NCBI GenBank assembly: GCA_964606385.1
Contig: CAZSFZ010000001.1
Location: 136,304-200,303 of the forward strand
From: an uncultured bacterium
Lineage (GTDB): Bacteria > Omnitrophota > Omnitrophia > Omnitrophales > Aquincolibacteriaceae
Length of the DNA: 64,000 nt
Direction: 5' to 3'
Position numbers and translations under genes: made by a program. Of the stretch, positions 28,304 through 38,775 are shown piece by piece (the stretch's first letter is position 1; each line of letters starts with the position of its first letter). The notes beneath the pieces were generated by a model that searched no databases, had not been told where the DNA came from, and was given only the letters and a program-made list of their open reading frames with translations.

Positions 28304-31064
28304 TCATATACTGTTTCAGATGCTTCCCTGTATAGGAAGATTCACATTTCATAAGTCCTTCCACAGAGCCCTGATACACCACTTCCCCGCCTCGGTCGCC
28401 GCCCTCGGGGCCCAGATCGATCACATGGTCCGCGAGCCGGATGAGCCCGAGATGATGTTCGATCACAAGAAGCGAATGGCCCCGGTCCAGAAGTTCTTCA
28501 AAGGCACGGATCAGATGACGGGCATCGTCTTCATGAAGCCCCGTCGTGGGTTCGTCCAGGAGATAGAGCGAAGGGCCGGTGCTTCCTGCGGAAAGCTCAT
28601 AGGCGAGTTTCAGGCGCTGGGCTTCGCCCCCCGAAAGCGTCAGTGTCGGTTGCCCGAGCTTCAAGTATCCCAGGCCGATCTTTTGGAGGATCGAGAGTTT
28701 TTCGACCAGCCCCCTGCTGTGATCCAAAAACACCAGAACTTCGTCCACGGTCATGTTGAGCACATCATCGATATTCTTTCCTTCATAACGGATCTCCAGC
28801 ACCTCCGGCTTGAAACGTTTTCCGCGGCATTCTTCGCAGGGCACAAAAATATCCGCGAGAAAATGCATCTCGACCTTAACGGCACCATCCCCCTCGCAAA
28901 CGAGACAGCGTCCCTTTTCGACATTAAATGAAAAATAACCCGCGTCGAGACCTTCGCGCTTCGCTTCGGGGGTCGACGCGAAGACCTTGCGGACGTCCTC
29001 GAACGCCTTCATATAAGTCGCCGGATTGGAGCGCGGGGAGCGGCCCAGGGGCGACTGGTCGATCAGCACCATTTCCGAAAGATGCTCCAGCCCGCGGATC
29101 TTCTCCACAGTCCCCAATTCCTCCTGGGAGACCGGGCGCCCCTTGAACTTGAGGAAGTGGTTGTAAAGGATCTCATAAAGAAAAGTGCTTTTGCCGGAAC
29201 CGGAAACACCCGTCAGGACCGTGAATTTTCCGAGCGGGATCTCGACATTAATATTTTTAAGGTTATGCGCTTTTGCCCCCTGAACCTGAAGCTTGTGCTT
29301 TGCCGGGAGCGCCCTGGGAAGCTTGCGGTCGATCCCCCGCTTGCCTGAGAGATATTCCCCTGTCACGGAAGTCGGACACTTCTTAAGCTCCTCGACACTA
29401 CCTTGAAAAAGGAGTTCGCCGCCCTTGGCACCCCCCGCGGGGCCCAGGTCGATCACGCAATCCGCAGCCCCGATCATGGTCCGGTCATGCTCCACCACCA
29501 CGACCGTATTCCCGACATCGCGAAGCTTCCGCAGGAGCGCGATCAGCATCTGGTTGTCGCGTTCATGAAGTCCGATCGAGGGTTCATCCAGAACATAGAG
29601 CGTGTCCACCAGGGCCGACCCGAGAGAGCTCGCGAGGTGGATACGCTCCACCTCCCCGCCCGAAAGCGTCCGGGACATGCGGTCAAGCGTCAGGTACCCG
29701 AGCCCCACATCCTTCAGAAAACGCGCGCGGTGCAGCAGTTCGGTCTGAACGGGCTCCACCTTTTCCCGTTCTTCAGCGGTCAATTCCAGGGACTCCAGGA
29801 ATTTAAGGAACTCATCCATGCTGAGCGCCTGGACCTGGGCGATGTGCCGCCCCTGGATCAGGAAATCGAGTGCCTCGGGTTTCAGGCGCGTCACGCGGCA
29901 CGTTTCGCAAGGCGCGTAACCCCGGTAACGGTTGAGGAAGATCCTTACATGCATTTTGTAGGTTTTTTTGTTCATGTACTCGAAGAATTCGCGGACGCTC
30001 ACAAAATCATCCCCTTCGTAACCTTCGAGGATCCACTGACGGACTTGCGGCTTGAGTTTGGCCCAGGGGGTCCGGATCGGAATGCGCTTACGCCCGCAAA
30101 AATCCAGGAGCTGGCCTTGCTCCCACCGGGTACTGGCCTTGGTCCAAGGCTCAATGGCCCCGTCACGAATCGATTTGGAAGGATCGGGAACTACAAGATC
30201 CCAATCGACCGTGATCACGCGTCCGAATCCCTGACAGGCGGGGCAGGCGCCAAGAGGGCTGTTAAATGAAAAAAGGTTGGGAGAAGGTTCCGGGAACGAC
30301 CTCCCGCAGGAAGCGCATTGGGACCTCTCGGAAAATTTCAGGACCTCCTCCCCCGCCCACACACAAGCCTCCCCGCGGCCCAGGCGGAACGCCTGTTCAA
30401 AAGAATCCGTAAGCCTTTCCTTGTTCGACGTTCCGATCTTGATCCGGTCCACGCTGACCGACAGTTCTTTCCCGGCGGTTTTTCGCTTCAAGAGGGCCGC
30501 GCTGTCGACCCACGTACCGTCATAAAAAAAATCCGAAAAACCCTGACGCTCCAGTTCTTCCAGGTTTTCGCGGAGGTAGGGGGCGGTCTTTTTCCCGAGC
30601 GTGACCTGAAAAGCGATGCGCGCTTCCCTGCCGGAAAATTTTTCCATGAGATAAGCGGCGGCTTTCGAAGGATCGAACCGCGTGACAGGGGTTTTGCAGG
30701 CCGGGCATTGCAGCCGTCCCGCGCGCGCGAAAAGCACCCGCAGGTGGTCGTTGATCTCGGTCTGCGTTCCGACCGTGGAGCGGGCATTCGTAACGGTGTT
30801 CTTGGCCTGGATGGCCAGCGCGGGAGGGATCCCTGAGGCGGATTCAAGGTCGGGTTTTTCCATCCGCTCGAGGAACTGGCGGGCGTACGCGGAAACCGAT
30901 TCGATGTAACGCCGCTGGCCTTCCGCGTACAGCGTGTCAAAAGCGAGGGAGGATTTGCCGGAGCCGGAGACCCCGGTGATCACATAGAGTTTCCGGTGCG
31001 GAAGCTCGAGATCAAGATTTTTTAGATTGTGGGTTTTGACCCCACGGAGGCGGATCGCATCCAA
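28278..31064 (-). CDS. uvrA: excinuclease ABC subunit A
   Basis: At 928 aa, it has two ABC ATPase modules (GVSGSGKSSLAF; GVSGSGKSTFLYE), zinc-finger CxxC pairs and typical UvrA order. Confidence 0.9.
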   Translation of the reverse strand: MDAIRLRGVKTHNLKNLDLELPHRKLYVITGVSGSGKSSLAFDTLYAEGQRRYIESVSAYARQFLERMEKPDLESASGIPPALAIQAKNTVTNARSTVGTQTEINDHLRVLFARAGRLQCPACKTPVTRFDPSKAAAYLMEKFSGREARIAFQVTLGKKTAPYLRENLEELERQGFSDFFYDGTWVDSAALLKRKTAGKELSVSVDRIKIGTSNKERLTDSFEQAFRLGRGEACVWAGEEVLKFSERSQCASCGRSFPEPSPNLFSFNSPLGACPACQGFGRVITVDWDLVVPDPSKSIRDGAIEPWTKASTRWEQGQLLDFCGRKRIPIRTPWAKLKPQVRQWILEGYEGDDFVSVREFFEYMNKKTYKMHVRIFLNRYRGYAPCETCRVTRLKPEALDFLIQGRHIAQVQALSMDEFLKFLESLELTAEEREKVEPVQTELLHRARFLKDVGLGYLTLDRMSRTLSGGEVERIHLASSLGSALVDTLYVLDEPSIGLHERDNQMLIALLRKLRDVGNTVVVVEHDRTMIGAADCVIDLGPAGGAKGGELLFQGSVEELKKCPTSVTGEYLSGKRGIDRKLPRALPAKHKLQVQGAKAHNLKNINVEIPLGKFTVLTGVSGSGKSTFLYEILYNHFLKFKGRPVSQEELGTVEKIRGLEHLSEMVLIDQSPLGRSPRSNPATYMKAFEDVRKVFASTPEAKREGLDAGYFSFNVEKGRCLVCEGDGAVKVEMHFLADIFVPCEECRGKRFKPEVLEIRYEGKNIDDVLNMTVDEVLVFLDHSRGLVEKLSILQKIGLGYLKLGQPTLTLSGGEAQRLKLAYELSAGSTGPSLYLLDEPTTGLHEDDARHLIRAFEELLDRGHSLLVIEHHLGLIRLADHVIDLGPEGGDRGGEVVYQGSVEGLMKCESSYTGKHLKQYMRERETGNG

Positions 31065-31134
31065 GGGGGATCAGGACTTGCCCTGGCCTCGATTTTCTTT
31101 TCCTGGAAGGCTGCCAGGACCAGCCCCATGAACT

Positions 31135-31557
31135 TTAAGCATTGGATGGAGCATGGGACTTGATCTCGCGTCCCAGAGCTTCGCTCACGGCATCAAGAAG
31201 CTTCTGGCCGCCATAGACCTTTTGGCTGTCCGGATCTATGGAAACCGAGGTGGTTTCCCGGTCCACGCGTTTCACCAAAAAAGTGACCGTGCGAAGGTCT
31301 GAATCATCCAAGCGGCTGTAATTTGTATCCCGGACGGTAATAAGCCCCCGCTCCTTGTCGGTCTCTTCCAACTCCCAGGTCCCCACGGAGTCCAGCGCGT
31401 CCAGCGTCCGGAGGTAGGTGAGATCATACGGAAGTTTATAGACCAAGACCTGATCATTCGGGGGAAGGACCTCGCCGACGGTATTGCACCCGACAAGACC
31501 CAAAGATAAAATGAGAACGGAAAGGACCGCGAGCATATTTTTCATAAAAACCCCCAT
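31135..31557 (-). CDS. small lipoprotein (about 140 aa), translationally coupled to the upstream 1565-aa gene
   Basis: The signal peptide has a lipobox (LSLGLVGCN). Its ATG (31555-31557) overlaps the TAA stop of the upstream gene by 1 nt (TAATG). Confidence 0.55.
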   Translation of the reverse strand: MGVFMKNMLAVLSVLILSLGLVGCNTVGEVLPPNDQVLVYKLPYDLTYLRTLDALDSVGTWELEETDKERGLITVRDTNYSRLDDSDLRTVTFLVKRVDRETTSVSIDPDSQKVYGGQKLLDAVSEALGREIKSHAPSNA

Positions 31558-34500
31558 TAGAATTTTCCGGTCATGCGGACGAACGGGCCGTGAGTCTTGA
31601 AGCTGTTCGTATCGCGCAGGTCATCGCTGAAATCGGAGAAATTATAACCCACTCCGAGCCGCACGTATTCATAAAATTCGCGATCGATCTCGATCAGGGC
31701 CCCCTGCTTGAACGTCTCCAGCGCGTAAGACTGGAAGAGGATCCGGTATTCGAGTGCCAGGTCCCATTTGCGCGTCACATGGAAATTGATGCGGTTGGCG
31801 GTCAGGAACGTATTGACTGCCACGGTCTGCCCATCGGAGGTGAAAACCGTTGAACGTTTGAACGCCAACTTCTCGACCAGGCCAAAATAACGGTTCACGT
31901 CGTAGGCGATATCCCCGGACAGGATGTGGGCCGACTGATCGACCTGGTACCCGTTGCTGTACGTGTACTGCTGATCCGATCCGATATCCTTCAGGTAAGT
32001 GTAGCGTCCGAGGTAATTCCATTTTTCGAGCCTGAGGGGACGGTAAGCGAACCCGGTGCTCAGCTCCATGAAAGTCGCGGGATCGTTGTCTGGATCGTAT
32101 TGGCGCGTGTCGCCCCAATTAAAATAGGTAAGAAAGTTCAGGTCTTCGTTGACCTGATACTGCAAGGAGTTCCGGGTCACGAGCTGGTCCATGTTCGGCG
32201 CATCATCGTCGATCCGCACTTCCCAATAGGTCCGGGCCCTCAATTTCTTGCCGTCCGCGTAAGCCAGACTGGCACCCGCGGTGTTGAAATCGTTGGCGCG
32301 AGCGAGCGAATCCGAGGCCAGCTGATCGATCAAGCGCGTGTTTTTAGCAGCCAGATGCCGGCGTTCGTACTTGGCGCTGTAATCCCAGTGATCGCCCGCC
32401 TTCCCCTCATACCCCAGGATGTCCACATAACCATCACTCCCCTCGTAAGAGGAATATTCGCGTTCGGAGTACATGCGAGATTTCTCGGTGAGGGCGAAAG
32501 AATTCCCGATCGCCGTGGCAAGCGTCTTATCCCCGATCCCGCGGTCCACCGACCGGAGATTCGCGTAGCTTCGCGCCCCGTTCCCGTGCTGACGCTCAAA
32601 ACCAAAATAGGTCGAATCCCCCATCGGCCCCAGCATCTCTTCCAGGTACGCGAAAAGGCTGTTCGTGATCTGGTAACGCACGCCGCCGCCGAACTGATGG
32701 TCGTTCTTCCCGCCGATCGCGGTCTGGACTTTGACGTAAGGCAGAAGCCGGTCATTGATGTGATAGCCCAATTTCCCTGTCACGCCGTTATCAAAAGGAA
32801 TCTGGTTCATGAGATCGGGCAAGAGGTACGACTGGTCCTCCGGCTCGACCGTATCCATATTGCGGTTCTGATATTCGAGTTCCGCGAGGTATTGGCCGTC
32901 ATCGTAAATGATCTGGGCGGTCTGGGTGTCAAGCGTGTCATACGGCGCGTAAGTGTCCGTGACATCAAGCGGCATGAGCTGGCTCAGAACCGCGTTGTGA
33001 TCGAAACGGTACCGGATCGCGAGGCTGTCCGTGAATTTGTAGCGGGCGGCCACGCCGTATTTCTCAAGTCCCTCCTGATCGCGCATATACCCGTTCGAAA
33101 AGGCCGGATTGACGCCCTGGACATAGCCGCTTGTTTCCAGTTTCCGGACGGGCTCAGAGGAGGCCCGGATGAGATAAGCGTCTTCCTGAGGCCCCGTATG
33201 TCTTCCATGCAAGGGGCCGAGGTCCGCGTAGCTGATACCGCCGTCATAAGAGACCGAAGTCCCCATCTGCTGGTTGATCGTCCTCGCGTATTCCGCCGTG
33301 ACCTTCGTATTGCGCCCGAATTTCATCATGGCATCCACGCCGACCATGTCATAATCGCCGCCGGGACGTCTCTCCGTAACGCCGGTCGCGCCGATCCTCA
33401 GGTGGTCTCCCACCCAGGTGTAACCCCGGATCCCTTCGTTCGCGATGGAAGGATCGGAGGAGCTGGGGTCGTACTCATAATCGACGATCAGATAAACCGG
33501 ATTGCCGTCCAGGATATCGGTCGATGTCAAGGTGTCGGTCGCGGCCACCGATGAAAGGGGCCGGGAAAGAAGGATGCGTCCTTCCCCGTAATTGATCTCG
33601 TAATCGGTGCCTTCCTGCAGGTCGTAACTCGTGAGGGTCATGTTCTGGATCTTGTCGCGAATCTCCACGCGGATCTTTTCGCTACCCTCGATGATATTGC
33701 GGTTCCGCGTGTAAAAAAGCGTGCCGCCCGTCGCGTAAAGTTCGTTATGATCCGCTTGGCTCTTGGAATCCGCATAAAAAACCTTAAAGCCGCGTTTCGG
33801 ATCGCCGTACACCGTGCTCGACACCGTGTCGAAATTCACTTTCAGGCCGGAAAGAGTGCGGTTGTAGGTCGCAAGTTCGGTGTCCGTAAATTCGGTCTTG
33901 AAACTTCCCCATTGGGCATACGAGCGGTCCATCTCGACCAGGATAAAAAGTTTTTGCGTTGTTTCCGTCGCCTGATAATCGCGCGTCGAATTGTCCCCAT
34001 AGATCGGATAATAATCGTTGGGATTCAGATTGGTGAAAAGCGCCGAACGGCGGTCGGAAGAATCGTAGCGAGCCTTCACGAGGAACTTGCCCTTGAGCTT
34101 GCCTTTGAGAAAAAAAGCAAGGCGTCCGTCCTCACGGAATCCGTCGCGGTAAACTTCCGAATCCGCGGCTTCCATAGCGCCCGTCGCCTCGTTCAGGCCG
34201 AGCTGTTCCTCCCCTAAGGCCACCATAAAGAAGGTGCTGTCCTTCACCTTGACCTTCTTGGTGAAGCTGGTAGTTTCCCCTTCGGGGGTCGTCGCGGCAA
34301 TATCGATATTGTATTCCCCGGGCTCCACAAAAAACTCTTTCTGGAACATGCCGTTCTCGGCATCCACCTCCACGGGGGTTTCGTTGATCTTGATCTTGTT
34401 CTTGGGCTGGGTTTTCCCCTGAACGCGGACCACGGGCTTGGCGACAAGCGGGATGCTTTGCTTGCCGTCCTTAAAAAGATTGAAATCGCCGATCGGCGGG

Positions 34501-36254
34501 ATCTCGGGATGATAGTTGATCTTTGCTTTCGGATCCGTTTTGGTCATGACCTCGAAGAATTGAAGCGGTGTCCAGTCCTCACGGTTCTTCGGATCGCGCA
34601 CCTTGAGCTGATAAGAGTAAATGCCGGGCTTGATCAAAAGGCCGTTGTCCGTAATGCCCGACCAGGTCACTTCCGGAGGAGGCTGCCCCACACCGTAACC
34701 GGTCCAGACGGGCTGCCCCATTTCGTCCCGGACTTCCAGCGTCCATTTCTTGATGAATTTCCCGTAGTTGTTGTTGAAGGTAAAAACGGGATCTTTTTCC
34801 AAAACGCCCACCCCGAGCTTCACGAGGTTCGGGGACATGTTGACTTCCAGCGTCGGGCGGGTCACGTCCACGCCCTGTGTCACCATCACATCAAGGTCTT
34901 TCTGGAAACTCGCGGGGATCTCGGAAGGCGGCAGAAGGATCGCGAAATTCGCTTTATTCATGATGCCCGGCGTGGTCTTCACCAGATAAGCTTCTTCACT
35001 AATGAATTTCGTCCCGTCCGGCAAACTATGCCCGTCGATCTTCACCACGTGCCGGCCCGGGGACACGCCGGGGATATGATAAAGGCCGTTCTCGTCGGTC
35101 ACGATCCCTATCCCTTCTTCCGTGTAGAGACGGACCCACGGAACACCGGGCTCACCGCAGTCCTGCACCGTGTTCTGGTTAAGGTCATTAAACACCTTCC
35201 CGATGATCGTGCCCTGATCGAAGACGGGATCCCCCTGGGTCATGAATTTCAGCGTGACCTTTTCGGAAAGGTTGCTGCTCCCGACCATCTGCACCTCCAC
35301 GGAGTATTCTTTCCCGAGCGAGACACCGCTTGTTACGAGCATCACAAAACTGGTAGCGTACTGGGCGCCGGCAAGAATGGTGCCGACCGGAATGGTCACA
35401 TACCCTTCCCGGTTGTAGGTTTGTTTCCCGTCCACGTAGATCGACTTGTTGGCATAATCGAAGCCATGCGGCATCTTGACCCGGAGTTCCACGCCCGTTA
35501 GATCGATCCCGGAGGCGTTGTTGTAACGGGCGTTGATCCCCACGGCGTCTCCCGGCGCTACATTCCGCTTGGAAGCCGTGACCGTTAGCTTCGCGGGATT
35601 CACCTCCGCGTTCGCTTGGGCGAAGATCGTGGATCCGATGGCCGGACCGCCGACGGGACCCCACAAGCGGTGAAGCACAAAAGCCACACGCCCCGTGCCC
35701 TCCGGAGCGACCCCCGAAACCTGGAAGGGTTGAAATCCTCCGGCGGGCGGCGCGGAAATATCGTTCACGCAGGTCGCCGGAGTACACGGCACAGTCGGAT
35801 CCGGGATCGTTCGAATTAGAGTATCGGTTCCGTCGGGATTGACTTTTTTAAACTCGATCTTGACTTGGTGGGCTGCCTGCGTGTTGTCCACGCTCGACAG
35901 CGCCATGGCGTTAAAGGAGACGAAATCGCCGGGCTTCACATTGTTGTAGGTCTGGAAAGTGAACGCAGAGCTGTTCCCGTCAAGACGCAGGCCATACTGG
36001 CCGTTCGGCGGCGGCGCGGCAAATCCTGCCGGATAAGCGGCCGTTCCGAAAAGCGCAGTCGCGGCTCCGTTCGTGTTGTCCCAGTTACCGGCGGTGCCGT
36101 TGCCAAGCGGCTGATCAAAATTAGGATTACCGAGCACGTTCGCGAACGCGAGGGGCATGTTAAATGCCATGAGGGAGGCGAGAAAAAAAACGAGCGTGAA
36201 AAGCGCTTTGCTTTTCTTACCGCCCTGTTTTTTTGTGAAACTTCGCAAGCTCAT
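31557..36254 (-). CDS. large surface/outer-membrane protein (1565 aa) with SdrD-B-like domain and putative C-terminal beta-barrel
   Basis: The signal peptide is KALFTLVFFLASLMAFNMPLAFA. An SdrD-B/Cna-B-like segment is present (GKVFNDLNQNTVQDCGEPGVPWVRLYTEEGIGIVTDENGLYHIPGVSPGRHVV). The long C-terminal region is rich in alternating aromatic/polar residues and ends in Phe (...RMTGKF), as in OMP beta-barrels. Confidence 0.5.
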   Translation of the reverse strand: MSLRSFTKKQGGKKSKALFTLVFFLASLMAFNMPLAFANVLGNPNFDQPLGNGTAGNWDNTNGAATALFGTAAYPAGFAAPPPNGQYGLRLDGNSSAFTFQTYNNVKPGDFVSFNAMALSSVDNTQAAHQVKIEFKKVNPDGTDTLIRTIPDPTVPCTPATCVNDISAPPAGGFQPFQVSGVAPEGTGRVAFVLHRLWGPVGGPAIGSTIFAQANAEVNPAKLTVTASKRNVAPGDAVGINARYNNASGIDLTGVELRVKMPHGFDYANKSIYVDGKQTYNREGYVTIPVGTILAGAQYATSFVMLVTSGVSLGKEYSVEVQMVGSSNLSEKVTLKFMTQGDPVFDQGTIIGKVFNDLNQNTVQDCGEPGVPWVRLYTEEGIGIVTDENGLYHIPGVSPGRHVVKIDGHSLPDGTKFISEEAYLVKTTPGIMNKANFAILLPPSEIPASFQKDLDVMVTQGVDVTRPTLEVNMSPNLVKLGVGVLEKDPVFTFNNNYGKFIKKWTLEVRDEMGQPVWTGYGVGQPPPEVTWSGITDNGLLIKPGIYSYQLKVRDPKNREDWTPLQFFEVMTKTDPKAKINYHPEIPPIGDFNLFKDGKQSIPLVAKPVVRVQGKTQPKNKIKINETPVEVDAENGMFQKEFFVEPGEYNIDIAATTPEGETTSFTKKVKVKDSTFFMVALGEEQLGLNEATGAMEAADSEVYRDGFREDGRLAFFLKGKLKGKFLVKARYDSSDRRSALFTNLNPNDYYPIYGDNSTRDYQATETTQKLFILVEMDRSYAQWGSFKTEFTDTELATYNRTLSGLKVNFDTVSSTVYGDPKRGFKVFYADSKSQADHNELYATGGTLFYTRNRNIIEGSEKIRVEIRDKIQNMTLTSYDLQEGTDYEINYGEGRILLSRPLSSVAATDTLTSTDILDGNPVYLIVDYEYDPSSSDPSIANEGIRGYTWVGDHLRIGATGVTERRPGGDYDMVGVDAMMKFGRNTKVTAEYARTINQQMGTSVSYDGGISYADLGPLHGRHTGPQEDAYLIRASSEPVRKLETSGYVQGVNPAFSNGYMRDQEGLEKYGVAARYKFTDSLAIRYRFDHNAVLSQLMPLDVTDTYAPYDTLDTQTAQIIYDDGQYLAELEYQNRNMDTVEPEDQSYLLPDLMNQIPFDNGVTGKLGYHINDRLLPYVKVQTAIGGKNDHQFGGGVRYQITNSLFAYLEEMLGPMGDSTYFGFERQHGNGARSYANLRSVDRGIGDKTLATAIGNSFALTEKSRMYSEREYSSYEGSDGYVDILGYEGKAGDHWDYSAKYERRHLAAKNTRLIDQLASDSLARANDFNTAGASLAYADGKKLRARTYWEVRIDDDAPNMDQLVTRNSLQYQVNEDLNFLTYFNWGDTRQYDPDNDPATFMELSTGFAYRPLRLEKWNYLGRYTYLKDIGSDQQYTYSNGYQVDQSAHILSGDIAYDVNRYFGLVEKLAFKRSTVFTSDGQTVAVNTFLTANRINFHVTRKWDLALEYRILFQSYALETFKQGALIEIDREFYEYVRLGVGYNFSDFSDDLRDTNSFKTHGPFVRMTGKF

Positions 36255-36272
36255 AAGGTCCCTGGTCCCGGG

Positions 36273-37910
36273 TTAAAAACGGCGGCTCGAGAACTTAACG
36301 CCGAAGCGAAGGTCGTAATTAGGAATAAGCGGTACTTCCCCATCCTGCTTGACGCGCTGGGCCCCGCCGATCCCGCACCATTCGGCGAAGATCGCCGTCT
36401 TGGAAAGCCACTCGTTCTCTTTCCAACGGTAAGTCCTGAACGGCATGACCCGGAGCCCGGCGGACAAGTAGTACTGGTTCTGATACCAGAACGAATATTC
36501 CGCGTTATTCGTGTGTTCGAAACGCATGTAGGGCATGAACACCAGCTCGTCATTGATGTAATTGTGCGGGAGCGGGATCCCGGGAAGCTTGATGCCCATG
36601 GTGACCGTGGAGTTCGCGATGAACGCGTTAAAACTTTTCTCGGAGCTGAACCCGGTCTTCGAAACGAAATAGTTACCGAAATATTCGCCCCAAACGTACT
36701 GACGGATATAATCCGAGAATATTTCGGGTTTACTCTCATCAAGCGGCGGCAGTTCAGTGCCCCACTCGTAGTAACATTGGAGTCCCCAAATAAGATCGGT
36801 GTCCCTGCTGTTCGTGATGTCCTCTTTGATGTTGTACTGACCACCGTACTTGATGTAAAAGCGGTAATTGCGCATCCACTCCAGGATCGGGATCCCGCCG
36901 AACGGCTGAAAATTCAGAAGCCAGGGATTCCGGGCCAGCGGACGCCATTCCAACCCGGCGAAAAGCTGGAGGTTGTTGGTAAAGGGCGTGCCTGAGGAAT
37001 CCATGCTGATCGTGCTTTCAATGAACGGATCGATATTGTGCAAAGGAAAACGGATGCCGCTAAAGACCAAACGGTTCGTCCAGTAGCCCACCTGCGTGTC
37101 GAAATGGTTCGCGGCAAGATTGGTCATGCGCCAGCTGGTCTCGCCGAAGGACTGCCAGGTAATGGCCGTGCCGCAGGGGGTCCCCTGAAGAACGCCGTAC
37201 ATTTTTTCGCCGATCCCGAGCTGATCGGTGAATTTGAGGATCAGTTCTTCTTCTTTCTGGAACTGCGCGGGGGTTTTGACTTCGACCGGTTTTTCGACTT
37301 CGGGAATATAGATGGGCGCGGACCGCACGCTTTCCGCGAAATTACCGCCACGGGATTCCACGGCCGATTTATTCGCCGCGATCGCGGACATGGCTTCCTG
37401 GGAGGAGGCGAACGCCCGGTTCCCGACCCAGTAAAGTTCCGATGATTGGCCCGAAACGCCGGGGACCGCCAACTGACGGATCTCCACGCCTTCAAAGTTC
37501 GCTGTTTTAAGATTCTGCTTGATGTAATCGTCGATCGCCTTGACATCTTTCAGGCCGGAAAGCGCGCGGGATTTCACGGCGCCTCCCCCGAAATCCGTCA
37601 CGATGGAATATTCCGAGTTCTGATCGCGGGAATGACTTTTAAAGACCGGGAATCCGCGGACTTCGCTTATTTTGTAATCGAGCTTTTGGGAGGCAGGCGC
37701 AAAGAATTCCTCGGCGAAAAGATTGGCCGCGGGCTTGACGGCCGTTGTGATCTGAGGCGCGGACGCGATCTCGATGGCAGGCTGGGATGCAGGAACGGAA
37801 GTCCCCGGCGGAGTGATCTCAACGATCGCGGGCGTTTCTTCGGAAAACGAGTAGGGAGCAACGGACAGAAAAAGGGCAATGAAGAATATTAAAAAGTTTT
37901 TAATTCTCAT
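36273..37910 (-). CDS. outer-membrane beta-barrel protein (about 545 aa), function unknown
   Basis: The start is taken at ATG 37908-37910 (MRIKNFLIFFIALFLSVAPYSFS signal peptide). The ORF-track start 38213 overlaps dapB. A Pro/Ala-rich linker precedes an aromatic-rich C-terminal region ending ...GVKFSSRRF (terminal Phe). Confidence 0.5.
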   Translation of the reverse strand: MRIKNFLIFFIALFLSVAPYSFSEETPAIVEITPPGTSVPASQPAIEIASAPQITTAVKPAANLFAEEFFAPASQKLDYKISEVRGFPVFKSHSRDQNSEYSIVTDFGGGAVKSRALSGLKDVKAIDDYIKQNLKTANFEGVEIRQLAVPGVSGQSSELYWVGNRAFASSQEAMSAIAANKSAVESRGGNFAESVRSAPIYIPEVEKPVEVKTPAQFQKEEELILKFTDQLGIGEKMYGVLQGTPCGTAITWQSFGETSWRMTNLAANHFDTQVGYWTNRLVFSGIRFPLHNIDPFIESTISMDSSGTPFTNNLQLFAGLEWRPLARNPWLLNFQPFGGIPILEWMRNYRFYIKYGGQYNIKEDITNSRDTDLIWGLQCYYEWGTELPPLDESKPEIFSDYIRQYVWGEYFGNYFVSKTGFSSEKSFNAFIANSTVTMGIKLPGIPLPHNYINDELVFMPYMRFEHTNNAEYSFWYQNQYYLSAGLRVMPFRTYRWKENEWLSKTAIFAEWCGIGGAQRVKQDGEVPLIPNYDLRFGVKFSSRRF

Positions 37911-37968
37911 CGCCGATAAGTTTTTTCTTTTTTTGTAACGTGTTGAAAAACTTAGGGAAAGGGCCGGA

Positions 37969-38775
37969 CTAGGCGGCCATGCCGAGCACGTGCTGCATAT
38001 GATAAAGACCTTGCCTCTTTTTCGCAAGGAATTTTGCCGCCAGGAGGGCCCCTCGGGCAAAAGCCTCCCGGGAGGAAGCCTTATGGACCAATTCGACCCG
38101 TTCCCCGTCGCCAAAGAAGGATACCGTGTGGTCCCCAATGACATCGCCCCCGCGCAGGGCAAGGACCCCGATCTTGCCTTTTTCCCGGGCTCCCGTTTCT
38201 CCCTCACGGCCATAGATCACGTCCTTTTTCATATCCCGCCCGCGCGCCTTGAGCAGGATCTCAAGAAGCTTCAGGGCCGTACCGCTCGGTGCGTCCTTCT
38301 TCATCCGGTGATGGATCTCCATGATCTCCAGATCATAGTCCTCATCCAGCACCTTGCCGGCGATCTCGGCCAGCTTGAAAAGCAGGTTCACTCCCACGCT
38401 CATATTGGGAGATTGAACGATCGGGATCTTCTTGGAAGCCGCGGCGATCTGCCTGAGCATCGCCTGGGGGATCCCCGTCGTCCCGATCACATACGCTGTA
38501 TGGGTATTAACGGCAGCTTTAAGGTTTTCCGGTAGCGCGGAATAATGGCTGAAATCGATCAGGACATCCGCGTTCCTGAGCGTGGCCGTGGGGTCCTGCG
38601 TCACTTTGACCCCCATCAGGTCGCAGCCGATCATGGGCCCAAGGTCCTGCCCAAGGGCCGCGTGCCCGCGTTGCTCCAATCCCCCAGCGATCTTGAAAGC
38701 CTTGTCCTGAGCCGCGAGCCGGAGAATGATCTTCCCCATCCTCCCGGAAGCGCCTGCCATCACGAGCTTGATCAT
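37969..38775 (-). CDS. dapB: 4-hydroxy-tetrahydrodipicolinate reductase
   Basis: At 268 aa, it has the N-terminal GASGRMG NAD(P)-binding motif and typical DapB length; its stop overlaps the dapA region. Confidence 0.85.
   Translation of the reverse strand: MIKLVMAGASGRMGKIILRLAAQDKAFKIAGGLEQRGHAALGQDLGPMIGCDLMGVKVTQDPTATLRNADVLIDFSHYSALPENLKAAVNTHTAYVIGTTGIPQAMLRQIAAASKKIPIVQSPNMSVGVNLLFKLAEIAGKVLDEDYDLEIMEIHHRMKKDAPSGTALKLLEILLKARGRDMKKDVIYGREGETGAREKGKIGVLALRGGDVIGDHTVSFFGDGERVELVHKASSREAFARGALLAAKFLAKKRQGLYHMQHVLGMAA

Noticed and set aside
31926-33554. 542-aa plus-strand ORF inside the 1565-aa OMP gene, and similar long shadow ORFs (35865..36995, 43096..44706, 54308..55831)
   Set aside because: All are antisense to better-supported minus-strand genes and have no motifs.
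36273-37910. Possibility that the 545-aa OMP is the missing TpsB partner of the giant TpsA
   Set aside because: Its size is compatible, but I could not recognise POTRA or ShlB-family motifs, and it is 20 kb away in a different operon. It is kept only as a low-probability note in the findings.
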